This document shows, piece by piece, positions 1-12,085 of a stretch of 64,000 nt of DNA. Under the pieces are notes generated by a model, which was not told the origin of the DNA, made no database searches, and saw only the letters and a list, made by a program, of their open reading frames with translations. Within the stretch, counting starts at the first letter, position 1. Every line of letters starts with the position of its first letter. The position numbers and the translations under genes were made by a program. The stretch comes from Lama guanicoe (Eukaryota). The DNA lies in assembly GCA_013239625.1 (NCBI GenBank), contig MU054391.1, forward strand, positions 8,403,095 through 8,467,094, given 5' to 3'.

Positions 1-99
1 TCTTGTGCACGTGCCCTTCTGAATCCTTATCATTCTTGTTTTATTTCCCCCTAACACTGTTCCCTGGGCTCAGTGCCTGTACGCGTGTGCTCTCATGTG

Positions 100-131
<32 letters not shown>

Positions 132-138
132 CACACAC
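100..138. repeat. (CA)n microsatellite
   Basis: Perfect CA run 100-128, then tctc and a short CA continuation. Confidence 0.97.
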
Positions 139-214
139 TAGAAGACAGCTTCTTTATGTTGTTGGTAGTAAGAAAATGAAAATAACTTTACAAGAGGCTG
201 TGGCTTTCCATTTC

Positions 215-535
215 TTGCAAGGTTAAATCCAAGCACCCTAGCGTGGAATATATGGCTCTTCAAATATTGGACTTTTTTTTTTTCTGAGAATTCCTTCCTC
301 CTGTTCTGCACATGAGGTGTAAGTGTCAGTAAGTTTCTGACAGTTCCCTACAAGTGCCACATCTGCCTCAACTTTTCTCTTGCATGGGCCTGAACACTAT
401 TTCTCAAATATCTTTGGTGCCTTGTAAATACTTTAAAGTTATCTGAGACCCAGCATTGGTTTCATCAGCTTCATCTGGGATTTCTCCAGCCCTCCTCTGA
501 CCCGGGGTTAGACGGTGCCCTTCTGCACTGTTTTA
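215..535 (+). mobile_element. L2 LINE 3' fragment
   Basis: 'aaggttaaatccaagcaccctagcgtgg' and downstream sequence resemble the L2 3' region; highly diverged. Confidence 0.45.
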
Positions 536-869
536 GTAGCAGCAAGACAGTAGCCTAGGAAACTGGGTCAGCATCCAAAAAGCCAGTTTGTGGCAGGAAC
601 ACTTTGTCAAGGAACCAGCTCTTGATGTTTATCAAATTAGTAAAAGTATGTCTTGAGGAAATAATAGTCTCAAACATATATGATTAACAAGAGTACAGTT
701 TTCTGAAATGTCCACGAATGCAGTAAACCCTCATACCATTTTATATGACTCTATTATTTTAGTAAACACAAAGTTTATACTTGCTATGCTTTTCATCTCT
801 CTTTATTTGACCTTAGAATGCTAACTTTAGAGTAAGCCTCAGAGATCTAACTGCTTCTCTGCATCAGCA

Positions 870-990
870 ACCCCAGCATTTTACTTAGAAGAAAACTGAA
901 ACCAGAGAAATAGTCTTTTGCCAAATGATTATAGAGCTGGTAAGTTTTACAAAAAGACCCAGGATACAGGTCTTGTGAGTATGCACTGGA
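870..990 (-). mobile_element. MIR fragment
   Basis: 'gaagaaaactgaaaccagagaaatagtcttttgccaaatg' resembles the reverse MIR core. Confidence 0.5.
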
Positions 991-1094
991 GAGTGTTCAC
1001 CACAGTCTATCAATTATATAGATAGGTATAATATGCAAAAATACACACTTACATCACTTATATATTTATGTCGCCCAGAATTAGCTGAACTTGC

Positions 1095-1740
1095 TGTTAA
1101 GGGGATAGTTTACCAGAAGACTAAGTCTACCCAAGACTTCTGACACCAACCGCAAGTTTGAGGATTTCCCTAAACCACTCTCAGACTTGACAATTCACCA
1201 GAAAGACTCACAGAACCCTCTGACTGCTATGACACCCACAGACGCATTTATTCTAGGCAAAGGATACATGTTAGAACTAGCCAAAGGAAGAAGGCAGAAG
1301 GCAAGATCGGAAGGGGTCTTAAGTGGAGCTTCTGGTTATCCTCCCCCTGGGGAGTCATGGACAACATCACCTCCTCATGGCCACAATGTGTGATAATGTC
1401 CACAAAGCACTGCCAGCCAGAGAAACTCACCCCATTATGTTGTCTAGAGATTATATTGAGGATCACGTTTAACTCATATAGTTGAACAGAATCTTCAGCA
1501 GCCTCCTCCCTGGAGGCTGGGCTAATTCGTGTGGCCTAAAACCTCCAAGCCTCTAATCACATGGGTGGTCTTTCTGGTATGACCACGCCCTTCACACTCA
1601 GGCTGTCAGGTGTGGCTGAGGGACCCACATGGGTACCAAAGGCATTCTATCACTTGGGGAATTCCGAAGATACAGAGGTTACTGGGATATGGAATAAACA
1701 CACGACCTCTCTTTGGAGGCCAAATTCCTTACCACCCATA
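1095..1740 (-). mobile_element. MER21-family LTR
   Basis: 'acttctgacaccaaccgcaagttt...gactcacagaac...aaaggatacatgttagaactagccaaaggaag' and end 'cctctctttggaggccaaattccttacc' match reverse MER21. Confidence 0.8.
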
Positions 1741-4147
1741 AATATGTATACCAGATATGCAATATACATGTGTTTACAACAATAATGCATCCATACATCC
1801 ATGTGCTCTTAATATATAATTCATATTTCATTTATGTGTGAATGTGAAATTATTCTATCCCTGTAATTCTCTACGGATGCAAACAGGATTAATAACATTT
1901 TCAACACAAAATAATGAGAAGGAAGAATTGTGCTCCTCATGCTTAGATGCCAAAAGTCCTCTCTTAGAATAATCTTCTGGGGTTCTCCCAGGCTCCTTAT
2001 TCAGGGCTTCTAGGTGAGGAGGGAGGACTACCCGATTAGTGCTTGTGATGAAAGGAAATGGTATGCTTTGCTCAGACCCTTCTGTGTTGGCTCTAGGCTT
2101 CTGTCTGACCCTAAGAAGCATGCCATCTCTGCCCTTCTATACATATTTTTACCTCTAAGAATAGGTTCCCACAAGTAGGTGACCAGAAGTCTGCTTTGAC
2201 CAGGTAAGTCCAAATTTATGCTTCTTTTCCTGAAGCTCCATTCAATTTGGAATTTGTCCTGAATTTTTCCTCATTAGGTTATTTTATTAATCCCTGCATA
2301 AAAGTAATTTAGCATATACCCCACAGACCTCCGAATATTTTTTTCTAGCTTCTGTTATGATTTTACCTAGAAGTGTCAGAGGTAAATGCAGAAAGTAAAT
2401 GCAGAATGAAACATGTTCTTATTTAACACATGAATAAATCAGAAAGATGACCAGGGATCAAGTCAACATCTTCCCAGACGTGAGTGGCTATAACCCTCCT
2501 TTGAAGTACACCACGCAGGACTGAAGTCATGTAGTAAAGCCAGAGGCAGCCCCCTGGTCTCAGGGTGGCAGTAGGAGGAGTCGTCGACACTGCTGACCCT
2601 ACAAGCTACTACTGTACCAAACGACTGGATCACAGAACACCTGGTAAGCTGGGAGAGGTACAAACTCAGCCTGGCTGCCGGCTAGAGAATGCAGTGGGAA
2701 ATGTGGGAAGTTATAGGTTCAATGAAATATGAACAGACACAGAGGCTGAGGAGCCCCACAACAAGCACAGAGAAGTAGGTGGTGCTCTTGCTGCTGGGGG
2801 AAATCACAATTGTTTATTTTGCTAGATTACTTGATAACATTTGATTTTAAAATCTTATAGCATCAATGAAGTTTTTCTTCTAAATGTACAATTAATAAAA
2901 TAAAAGTAAGTACTAAAATGCTTGATGATTCTTACAAGAAAGCTTTGGAAACTGAGCCAGAGGTCACATACCTGGCCACACAGTGAAGCAGCAGGTCGCG
3001 TACCAGAAATGCTGCTGGAAAGCCTTTGCGGAACTTAATCTTTCTTAAAAATGCTCATTTTACATTATTTTACATGACTTTAACCAGCCATATTATTTGT
3101 TTTCTAATTCCATAAAAACTAAAAGCATGAGAAACATATTGATGGATATTAATGGCAATAAGGAATAATTGATAGCTGCCCAGGGCCATAACAGAGCATG
3201 AGAAAGAGAAAGAAAGTACATTGTATCTTAAGAAAAAAGGGGAGAAAAACCTGTCAGGACAAACATTCCCTCCTGTACCATCTGAATTGTTATATTAGAA
3301 AGTAGCATAAAAATGAAATTGTCAAATATTTATGACTTTGAAGTCTTTACGATGGCAGGGAAGTATAAGTTAATTTTTTTGAGATTTAAAAAAAGTACTA
3401 GCAAATATACACAGCATCATTTGATAAGATGGAGTTATCTTTAAAAATCCATTTAGCTGGCACATTATATTATAAAGTATTATAGTAGAAAATGTCAAAT
3501 GATACAATGCTTTTGGAAAGGCACGAAAGATTTTGAATTGAATTAGAAACGTCCTCACATTATATAAGCAAGTATTGAGGCTCAAAAGGATAATCTTTCT
3601 ATGAAGTAGGAGAATCTAGCCTAGAAGCCAGTGACCTTAAAATATCTTATTATGCAGAATGTATTTTTGGATATACTGCATATTTTGGGAGCTTAACATA
3701 AACTTCTGGCCTGAAATGTTTCCTTACCAATGGAAGACTTGAATCAAATATGTATTAAACCATCACAGTGGAGATATTTGAAACTTTGTCCTCCTTAAGC
3801 TATCAAGAAGGATCACTTTACTGCAGATTTTTCTACAAATCATTGGACAATTCAGACATTGGAATTGCAATCCATTTTGACCATGATTATCTGCTTCAGA
3901 AAAGATTTTACACCACTTGCTGCTGAGAAAAATGAAGGCCACAAAAAATGTCATAGTAGGTGATAATATCTTTGATGTCATTTTTGGCTTCAAGGAAAGT
4001 CATTTCATCTTCTCAGCTATTGAGCTGGGAGTCTATTCAGCCAAGTATATAAACCACCAGAAAGAACCACCATTACTATTATCAAAACAGTAAAGTTCCA
4101 TTTGTTATCCCTGAGAATTTTTTGCCTTTGTTAGGAAGCAGTAAGGA

Positions 4148-4430
4148 TATATTAGTCATGATGCTTTGGGCAACAAATAAAAGAAAATTTAACCCCAGAA
4201 TGACTTAAATTGAAATGACGACTAGATATTTCTTATTTCAACAATTTCAGAGGTAGCGTAGTTTTAGGACTGGTTAATGGGGTGAGTCAGTGAAATCATC
4301 AATCTTTGGGTTCTTTTTTATTTTTCTGCTCTGCTGGTTTCCTCATGTTCTCCCTCAAGTTAATTCACTTCAGGTATTTAAAAAAGCCTATAGGAATTAC
4401 AGGTATCAAGTGAAAACACAACATTCAGCA
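4148..4430 (-). mobile_element. MLT1 (old MaLR) LTR fragment
   Basis: 'tattagtcatgatgctttgggcaacaaataaaagaaaa' resembles the reverse 3' end of MLT1J/K/L. Confidence 0.6.
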
Positions 4431-4484
4431 GATTTTTTTTTTAAATGAAAGAAAGAGAAGGAAAGCAAACCAAAAATGCTTAAG

Positions 4485-5266
4485 CTCCATATCCTCTGAT
4501 ATGGAGGGCTGACTGTATTTGCACATTACCTATGCACATTTTCCTGTACGCTTTAAATGATGTCTAGATTACTTATAATACCTAATGTAAAATGCTATGC
4601 AAATAGTTGTAAATACAACATAAATTCTATGTAAATAGTTGCTGGCAGGCAACAAATTCAAGTTTGGCTTTTTGAAACTCCCTGGGAAAATTTTTTTCAA
4701 ATCATTTTAATTCTTAGTTGGTTGAATCCACAGACGTGGAACTCATGGATATTGTCAACTGAAATAAAGGCGCACAGCATGAGGGCTGTGGGTTAAGTTT
4801 TAATCTGGAGCAAAATGAGGACTATTGCCTGGGAGCCAGCATCTCAGAGAGCTCTGAAGAACTGCTCCAAAGAGGCGGGGAAAACTCAGTATCACATACG
4901 ACTTCAGTGAAGGGGGCGCCTGCAGTCAAGCACACGTTGTAGGCAGAGGCTTGCTGCTGGTCACGAGGAGCAGATGCCACAGTTGATGATTTTAGCAATT
5001 TTCTTCACATGAGGAGATGTAAGAATTTGGGCTCAAAAAACCTTCTCCTGAAAATATCTAACTATCTGCCAGTTTTCCCAGAACACAGAGCGCCTCATTC
5101 CTGACCTCCACCCTGAACTCCTTTTAGGAAGTGCTGGAGGTCAGCGGCTGAAGCAGCTCGTGATTTAATCCAGGTAGAGGTAGATGGCAAGTAACAGTGT
5201 GATTCAATCCTTGTAGAGGCAGTGGCCAGTGGACAGTCTTTCGCTGGCACAATGGAGGCCCAATTG
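4485..5266 (+). mobile_element. MER2B (TcMar-Tigger) DNA transposon, body 4485-4752, terminal remnant 5252-5266, interrupted by an LTR
   Basis: 'tatggagggctgactgtatttgcac...tctagattacttataatacctaat...aaattcaagtttggcttttt...ttggttgaatccacagacgtggaactcatggatat', resuming as 'atggaggcccaattg' after the LTR. Confidence 0.85.
4753..5250 (-). mobile_element. MER41-like ERV1 solo LTR
   Basis: TG...CA ends; 'tgtcaactgaaataaa...tgaggactattgcctgggagccagcatctcagagagctctgaagaactgctccaaagagg' matches artiodactyl MER41-type LTRs. Confidence 0.85.
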
Positions 5267-6329
5267 TGTGTTTAAATTTAGTAGAAGATGCTAACTTGTT
5301 CTCCAAAATGATTGTGCTAGCTTTATGTTTACACTATATTCTATATGTTCCTCATAGACCATCTCTGTTGACACAGAGACTGCAAACATTAAAAAGAACC
5401 CAAGATACAGAGAAGATCTCTCGAAAAGACTTGTCATTGTGACTTTTTTGTCTAGCAGAGTAAATTCCAATAAGATTTATAAAAGTAATGACATACTCTG
5501 TAAAGTTACTGTACTAGTGAAAACCTCAAGAGCCTGGGATAAAAAGGACTGAGAGAGTATGAAAAGAGGTCTCTAGACTTTCAACTCCATATAGATACAG
5601 GTTACCAACCAATGTCATTTCTTATAAAAAAAGAAAGAATAACTCAGAATACAGAACCCAGAGTATGGAGGGTAGAGCCAAGAACCATTGGGAACAATGC
5701 CAGGAGTTCTAGGCTGTAGCTAGAGAAGTCTGCCGAAAGGCAAAATGAGGTCCAGATTAGTGAGCCCACAGACTTCCTGATTTGAAGCAGAATGCTAATT
5801 TCTGTGTACGTAATTGGCCGTGGACCAGGATGAGATCCATGCTTGCATGTCAGATGCATGCGTATGTTACTGGTTCCCCCAACCCCCATTCTGTTTTCTA
5901 GGATTTGCCTTTTATTTCACTCACTCAGATGAATTTTAGTAAAAAATTTTCAAGATGATTTCCTAGAATTTCATGTTTGATTCTTACTTAACTCACTATT
6001 AGAATGAAAGACATTTGCTATTGATCCTCATCCAGAAAAACAAAACAGAACAAAACAAAATACATATATATTTATCGGATCTTTTGATGGTTTCATACGC
6101 TTAAATCTGAAAACGGCAATAGCCGTTAACTGGGGAGTGCACATCTACACCAGGGGTTCGCAGGTACAGGCTTCCTGGAGCTGTGCTGGAAGCCAGCGGG
6201 TGGCTAAACTCAGCACACAGAGCATTTCTCAGCAGGCATTTGAGTGACACAGAATACCTGTCAATAACACACGCGTATATATTCAGCAGTTAATGAGCCA
6301 CTGACATTTGCGTTCAATACTACTCTGCC

Positions 6330-6480
6330 ATCTTTTAAGTAACGCTCTTGTCAAGTTACTCAACTTCTTTGAGTCCTGAAAATAAAACTAGAATAGTCAT
6401 TCAGTATTGCTTTGTGGAGAATTAAATGATACAACATATATGAAGTAAATTAATATCTATTTTTAATAGTAACAATGTGT
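6330..6480 (+). mobile_element. MIR fragment
   Basis: 'caagttactcaacttctttgagtc...tgtggagaattaaatgatacaacatatatgaag'. Confidence 0.6.
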
Positions 6481-6499
6481 ATTATTTATTATCTTTGTA

Positions 6500-6635
6500 C
6501 TAAGCACCATATAGTCACAATCTCATTTTTTCCCCTTCAATCTCTCCAAATCATTAGTGACTTTTTACTACTATCATATAGATGAAAAGACTGAGTTCCA
6601 GAGAGATTAAGTCACTTGTACAAAATCATCACTAC
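6500..6635 (-). mobile_element. MIR fragment
   Basis: 'tagatgaaaagactgagttccagagagattaagtcacttgtacaaaatca'. Confidence 0.65.
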
Positions 6636-6769
6636 AATATAAATCTTTCATTACTGGGAAGAAAAATGCTTGGGTGTAGGCAAAGTTAGATACATTCAGA
6701 ATTTAAAACCTAGAATTGTTCTGGAGAATGTTCTAAATCTGTGCACTTTTAGAGCATGTCGTTTGGTTA

Positions 6770-8350
6770 AGAAATAAACTTATAGCTTTCGGTTCCTCCA
6801 ACCTCATATTTTCTTGTTTTTCTCCTACCTCACTACCACTCCTTTTTAATTTCCTTTGCTAGTTCTTTTTAATAGTTCTGATTGCTAAGTTTTGAACAAC
6901 CTCAGTGTTTAGTTCTGGAAACTCATTTTTTTCTCTCTCTCTCTTCTCATTTTCTCTTTTAAAATTCTACACGCAGTAACTCAAATCCTTTGTGATCTCA
7001 TCCAGTATCATGTCACTGAATGCCATCTGTACATATGACTCCTGTATTTATATCTTCAATATGGATCCATCTCTAAACTCCAGAACTTATCTCCAACTGT
7101 CTTAACTAGCATTTGCACTTAACTTTTTAGTAGTCACTTCAAACCCTAACATATGCTTTTCATTTCAATCCCTCCCTCCCAATTATACTCCTTTTCATTC
7201 TTTACCATCTTAGCTGATGTCAACTTCATCTCTCTGGATACTCAGTTCAAAGAAAAAATTGGATTTGTCCTCGATGCCTGTCTTCTGCCACTTCACCTAC
7301 AGTCAACATATTCAAAATACATCCAATATTCCATCAGCTCTCACATTCATTATGTGTTAGCCTGAGCCTTCTGAGAATTAGATGCCAAGATAGGATTAAA
7401 TACACAAATGTATTAGGGGAAAAACCCATGAGGCAAAACAAGGATGGAGCCTGGAGGAGCAGGAGAACTGTCAGAATGACTCAGGTCTGACTCCAAGTGA
7501 AGGAGAAACAGAAGGTGAGAATTTGAGTGTGAGGGGCTGGGACTACAGAACAGTTCTAAGCGGAGTTTGGCAAGGCCATCAGAAAGTCCCTAAGCCAGAG
7601 TCACAGGGAGAGGATTTCTGCATCACCCAGAACTGAGCTTGCCTCAGAATCCCTGCCAGGCTTACTGGTTGGCTGGGTCACTCACGGGAAACACGGCCTC
7701 TGCGGGAACCCACGGATGGGCTGCAGAGTGCTCCCGGCAGTCAGAGATCTGAGTGGTACATTCTCATGGCGGACACAGACTGTCACCACTTTGGTCCAGG
7801 CCATGACCATCTCTCAGTAGAATTCTTAGAATAACTTGCTAACTGGTTTTATTTATTTGCCTTCTCCTCACTTTAGCCTTTTCTCAGCCTAACCTCCACT
7901 GTGCCTCTTTCAAGACATAAGTCAGATCCTGTCATTTTCATCTCAGACCTTTCAGTGGTCTCCCATTTTTGAGAAAACCACAGAGCCACTGCAGTGGGTT
8001 ACATGCCCCCACAAGGATTAGCCAGTGCTTCCTCTCTGACCCCTCACTCACCACACATCTAGCCCTGCTGCCATTTTTCAAGCATGGCAGGTGTATTCCA
8101 GCCCAGAAGACTCTGTACCTGTGGCTCTCTCTGCTCAGAACTCATCCCCACCCCTGCCTTATATCCATAGTTCTCAGTGTCTCTCCACTTAACCTACTGC
8201 CTGCATTATTCATGTACTTGTATCTTCCATTTCCCCTAAGTGTGAAGACACATGAGGGTGGGGATTCTTATCTAACGGCTGCATTCCTAGTGCTATTACC
8301 ATTACCTACACAGATTAAGTGCTCGGAAAACATTATTTTGCATTTATAAA
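6770..8350 (+). mobile_element. L2 LINE 3' portion, split by LTR16 at 7353-7777
   Basis: Pyrimidine-rich L2 motifs 'gtgatctcatccagtatcatg', 'aaactccagaacttatctccaactgtc', 'cataagtcagatcctgtcatttt', ending 'taagtgctcggaaaacatt'. Confidence 0.8.
7353..7777 (-). mobile_element. LTR16-family (ERVL) solo LTR
   Basis: 'tgtgttagcctgagccttctgagaattagatgccaagataggatta...caggtctgactccaagtgaaggag'; TG...CA ends. Confidence 0.75.
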
Positions 8351-8769
8351 TAGTGACAATCCAAGGACTTCTGTGGAAGACAGACAGACATTCAAATTCT
8401 AACTTAAATGACTATAATTTCTCTCTGATAGAGGCCTCTGTACTACAGATTTCTCAGCTCCAAAATAGCAAATTAATCCAGTCCAGGAATCACCATATAT
8501 GTACTGTGGGTATAAAAAATTACAAATCCTTATAACTTTTCAGATGTTGTAAAAGTTCTCATTGATCTTTGCAATCCTTATCCAGCTGGATTACAGACTG
8601 TTATCCTACCATTCCAAACCCAACTCTTCCAACTGATGGCTGGATTACAACACAGATCTGAATGTTCTCATGCTGAGGTACTTTGTTTTTAATATCCTTG
8701 AGAGATTATAAACCACTTTTCTTTCCTGACTGGAGATATTGCAAAGAGTAAAAATTAATGGACACAGAC

Positions 8770-8930
8770 TTTTTTTTTGATGTGAATTGGAAAACTGGCT
8801 TTGCCTCACTGGGTATGTGTAAACGGAGAAAAATTACTTTATAACCCTCAGACACAATTCCTTCCTCTCTAATATAATGATAGTTACACTTTTCTTTCTG
8901 AGAAGTTCTGATATAAAGTTAATAAAATAT
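8770..8930 (+). mobile_element. MIR fragment
   Basis: 'ctggctttgcctcactgggtatgtgt...attactttataaccctcagacacaattccttcctctctaatataatg'. Confidence 0.5.
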
Positions 8931-10359
8931 CTAAGATATATTTATATTAAGTATCCAATACCTTTAAAGATTTCACTTTACAGAAGGTGGCAGGTCAGTG
9001 ATTCTCAATAAAGATATTGAAAGTATTAGATCATTTCCATACACCTGAAGGGCACAGTTTCTTCTTCTACATTATTGGTCTCCAGTACACCACTGCTCCT
9101 AAAGTGGCTAATGAAATGAAATATTAGTGTTCTAAACTCAGTATATCATAATTCTGGGGGGACTGAAGAGTAAGATAAAGTCATCATCAAATAAGATCAT
9201 CAGAGCATAAAACACATTTATCCCCAATTTCTCTCCAGGAGACACACTACTCCCGACCTGAGATGTCCAATGTCAACATGATGTATTAGATGAATTATTT
9301 TCTGTTTAATGCTAGGGCAACAATATGTTTTTTCTTTATTCACCTTGATATCTCATTTTTGGAAATATGAGCACTAGAGTTTCAAAAGATCCAATAATGG
9401 CCTTGCGCTTTTTTACCACGGATTCTTTAGTTGCATCATTATCTTCTGCCCAAGAGTCCAGATCCTCCATGCTATTCTGTAATCAGAGCACGGACTGATT
9501 TTCTGCTCATTAAATAATATGCAATCAAAGATAGAGGGTCTGTAAAAAATTGGTTTATGAAAACATACTAATGTGTATTTGGCTGAAAATTTGCTCATGT
9601 ATTTTTAAGACATGTTGCTTTATTTCAGAGCATAAAATTGTAATTGATTACATTTTGTCGTGACAATTTCTTGCATAATTATTCACTACTTAGTTTATAC
9701 ACTGAATTGGCAATTATTCTGTCTGATGAGATGAGCCATGAAAAAGCAAACCCTGAGGTCACTGCACAACCAGTTTATGGAATTGGTACAACAAGCTTCT
9801 TAAAAATATTTTTTCCCAGAAACTATGTTGGTTGAATTCAACACAGAGAATTATAATGAGAAATGTCTTTTATTAATAATCCTATAATAAATGAGCAGTC
9901 TTATAATTTACCGCCGACCTGGGACTCACTTAAAAGTGTAGTTAACATGATACCAAGGCATCAGCAAAAACTCAATCTGTTTCAAATAAACTAGAGAATA
10001 AGTTCACCCTGTTCATCAGGCACCTACTTTGCCCTTAAAATATATCATCCCCAATTTTTCAAATAAGCCTGCAAGTGTGTTAATAACTTGCCCAAGATCA
10101 TACCAACGTATCTAGTATTTGAACATTTTTTTCCCTCAACTAGAAAATACATGGTCTTTCCACTCTGCTACATTGTTTCCATGTAAACATGTGCTTCAGA
10201 TCAACTCTTTGCAAAATATTACACAAAATATAAGAAGAATAAATGAATGTCTGTGGAGAAGACACTGCTTGCCTGGAGGTTACCATTGGGAAACACGGAC
10301 TGCAGATGTGAGACAAAGCACATACATACACAAAAGACTCATTCTAAGAGGCACACTTT

Positions 10360-10700
10360 CATTTCAACATGGTGACAAACCAGATAATCTGTAAACACTT
10401 CAGAGAAACACATATGAAGAGCTGGATAAAATGTAAAACATTCATTTCAATGCATGGCTGAGTTTGCAAGAAAAGAATAGAAATATCCAAGCTCCCAAAA
10501 TGTGAAAGACAATTGAATGGCAGTGGGGTCAGTGAGCACTTAGCTACACTGAGAGTGAATGTCTATCTTTAAACCTAAAATACTTGAGTTCTCAGAAGAG
10601 TGGGGTTAACAAGACGTAGGGCTCCCTTGAGACAGAGAATGTAACAGAGATCCTTACCTCTCCACCTCTGAGGTCAGGGTTCTCAGCTGAGCGTGGCACT
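10360..10700 (+). mobile_element. Old L1M 5'-region fragment
   Basis: 'caacatggtgacaaaccag...gctggataaaatgtaaaacattcatttcaatgcatggctgag' resembles L1ME-type 5' UTR. Confidence 0.4.
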
Positions 10701-11399
10701 GTCACAGTATTTGATGCTTATAGTTTTGTCGCTATTTTTTGTTTATGACAATAAATAGGAAGACACTACAGATTTTAGAAAGTTAAGCATTTTAAGATGA
10801 AAACCAAAAACAGTTTATCATGGAATCTAGAAAAAATATTTTTAAACTGTAAATATTTATTAAATTCTATTTGAAAACTCAACTACCTATCCATGATAAA
10901 AAATTTAGAGAAATAAATGCCAGATATTTTGCATAAAAATTAATCACAACCCACATATTGTTGATAGTTTCAACTAAAAATGCAAGTATAAAATTGAGAG
11001 TACTAAAAATAGTTTAAACTTATGTGTAAGCAAACCATATCTTAAGCAAATAAGGTGTGACTTTCTTTTTATTACATAACTATCTTAATTTGAATGTAAG
11101 TTCTTAAGTTATATACTTAAAAATAGACATATTTTGGGTTCGACTAACAAGGTCACCTTCAGAAACTGTGAAATAAGAGACTAGAGAAATTAGCATATAT
11201 TATCTCCAGTCTCTTTGATGTGGTTTGTGAAGAAGAAACATCTGTTGGCATACATAACAGCTCATCTGAAAGCACAGAATGGGTTCCTTAATAATCAATA
11301 CTGTATTCACTGAAATGTCAGTATTTATTTTCTGCTCCCCATTCTGGTTCACTTTATAATCCTCTCTGTGGATTATGTGTTAAATTTAATCGCTGGAGA

Positions 11400-11635
11400 G
11401 TGTTAGGTGGAATTAAAATTGCCAGTGTTTGTGGTTACACAGAACTAGAATGAAACCCCAGCTTCTCAATATCTGTCTGACCAAGGACAAGTACTTAACC
11501 TCCTGGAGATCCTGTCTTTTTCATGTTTTAAATAAAGATAACTATGCCTATTTTACAGATTCGTGTGTTAGAATTACTAATCATGCATGCAAAGCCTCTA
11601 GCATTAAGGAGATTTTTTTTTAAATGTAGCTATAA
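11400..11635 (+). mobile_element. MIR
   Basis: 'tgtctgaccaaggacaagtacttaacctcctggagatcctgtctttttcatgttttaaataaagataa'. Confidence 0.75.
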
Positions 11636-11974
11636 TGACCACTATATGTCAGAATTACCTGTAAGGTATTTTAAAAATTCAGACCCACATTCAGGAAATC
11701 ATAGTGTCTAGGGATGTGGTGCATTACCAAGACTGCAGATATGTACAAACAGCAACAGGGACATTGTCCTTATCCATATTAACTTAAGAACAGCTATGTG
11801 TATGTTCTTTGCTTTACCCCTGGTTCTTTCTAAGCTTCACACTTTGCAAATGCTTCATTTTTTCCCCCCAGAGGCACCTCATATTAAGATATAATTAGTT
11901 TGGTGACTATACTGTCTTAGGAACCTTCACAGGCTTGGTTTCAAAAAATCTTCAAAATAATTGCTATGGGTCTT

Positions 11975-12085
11975 CAAATAGACCAAGCTTCAGTGAGATA
12001 AAGTTACTTTTCTAAGGGGACATAGGTACTAAGTACAGAGGTGAAATCTGAACTCAGGTTTCTAAGATCCATAGTTTAATCTCCT
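11975..12085 (-). mobile_element. MIR fragment
   Basis: 'cagtgagataaagttacttttctaaggggacataggtactaagtacagaggtgaaatctgaactcagg'. Confidence 0.6.

Noticed and set aside
2382..2405. Direct repeat gtaaatgcagaa x2
   Set aside because: Trivial micro-duplication
3763..3993. Possible coding exon
   Set aside because: Weak splice sites, plus-strand frames hit stops, no recognisable peptide
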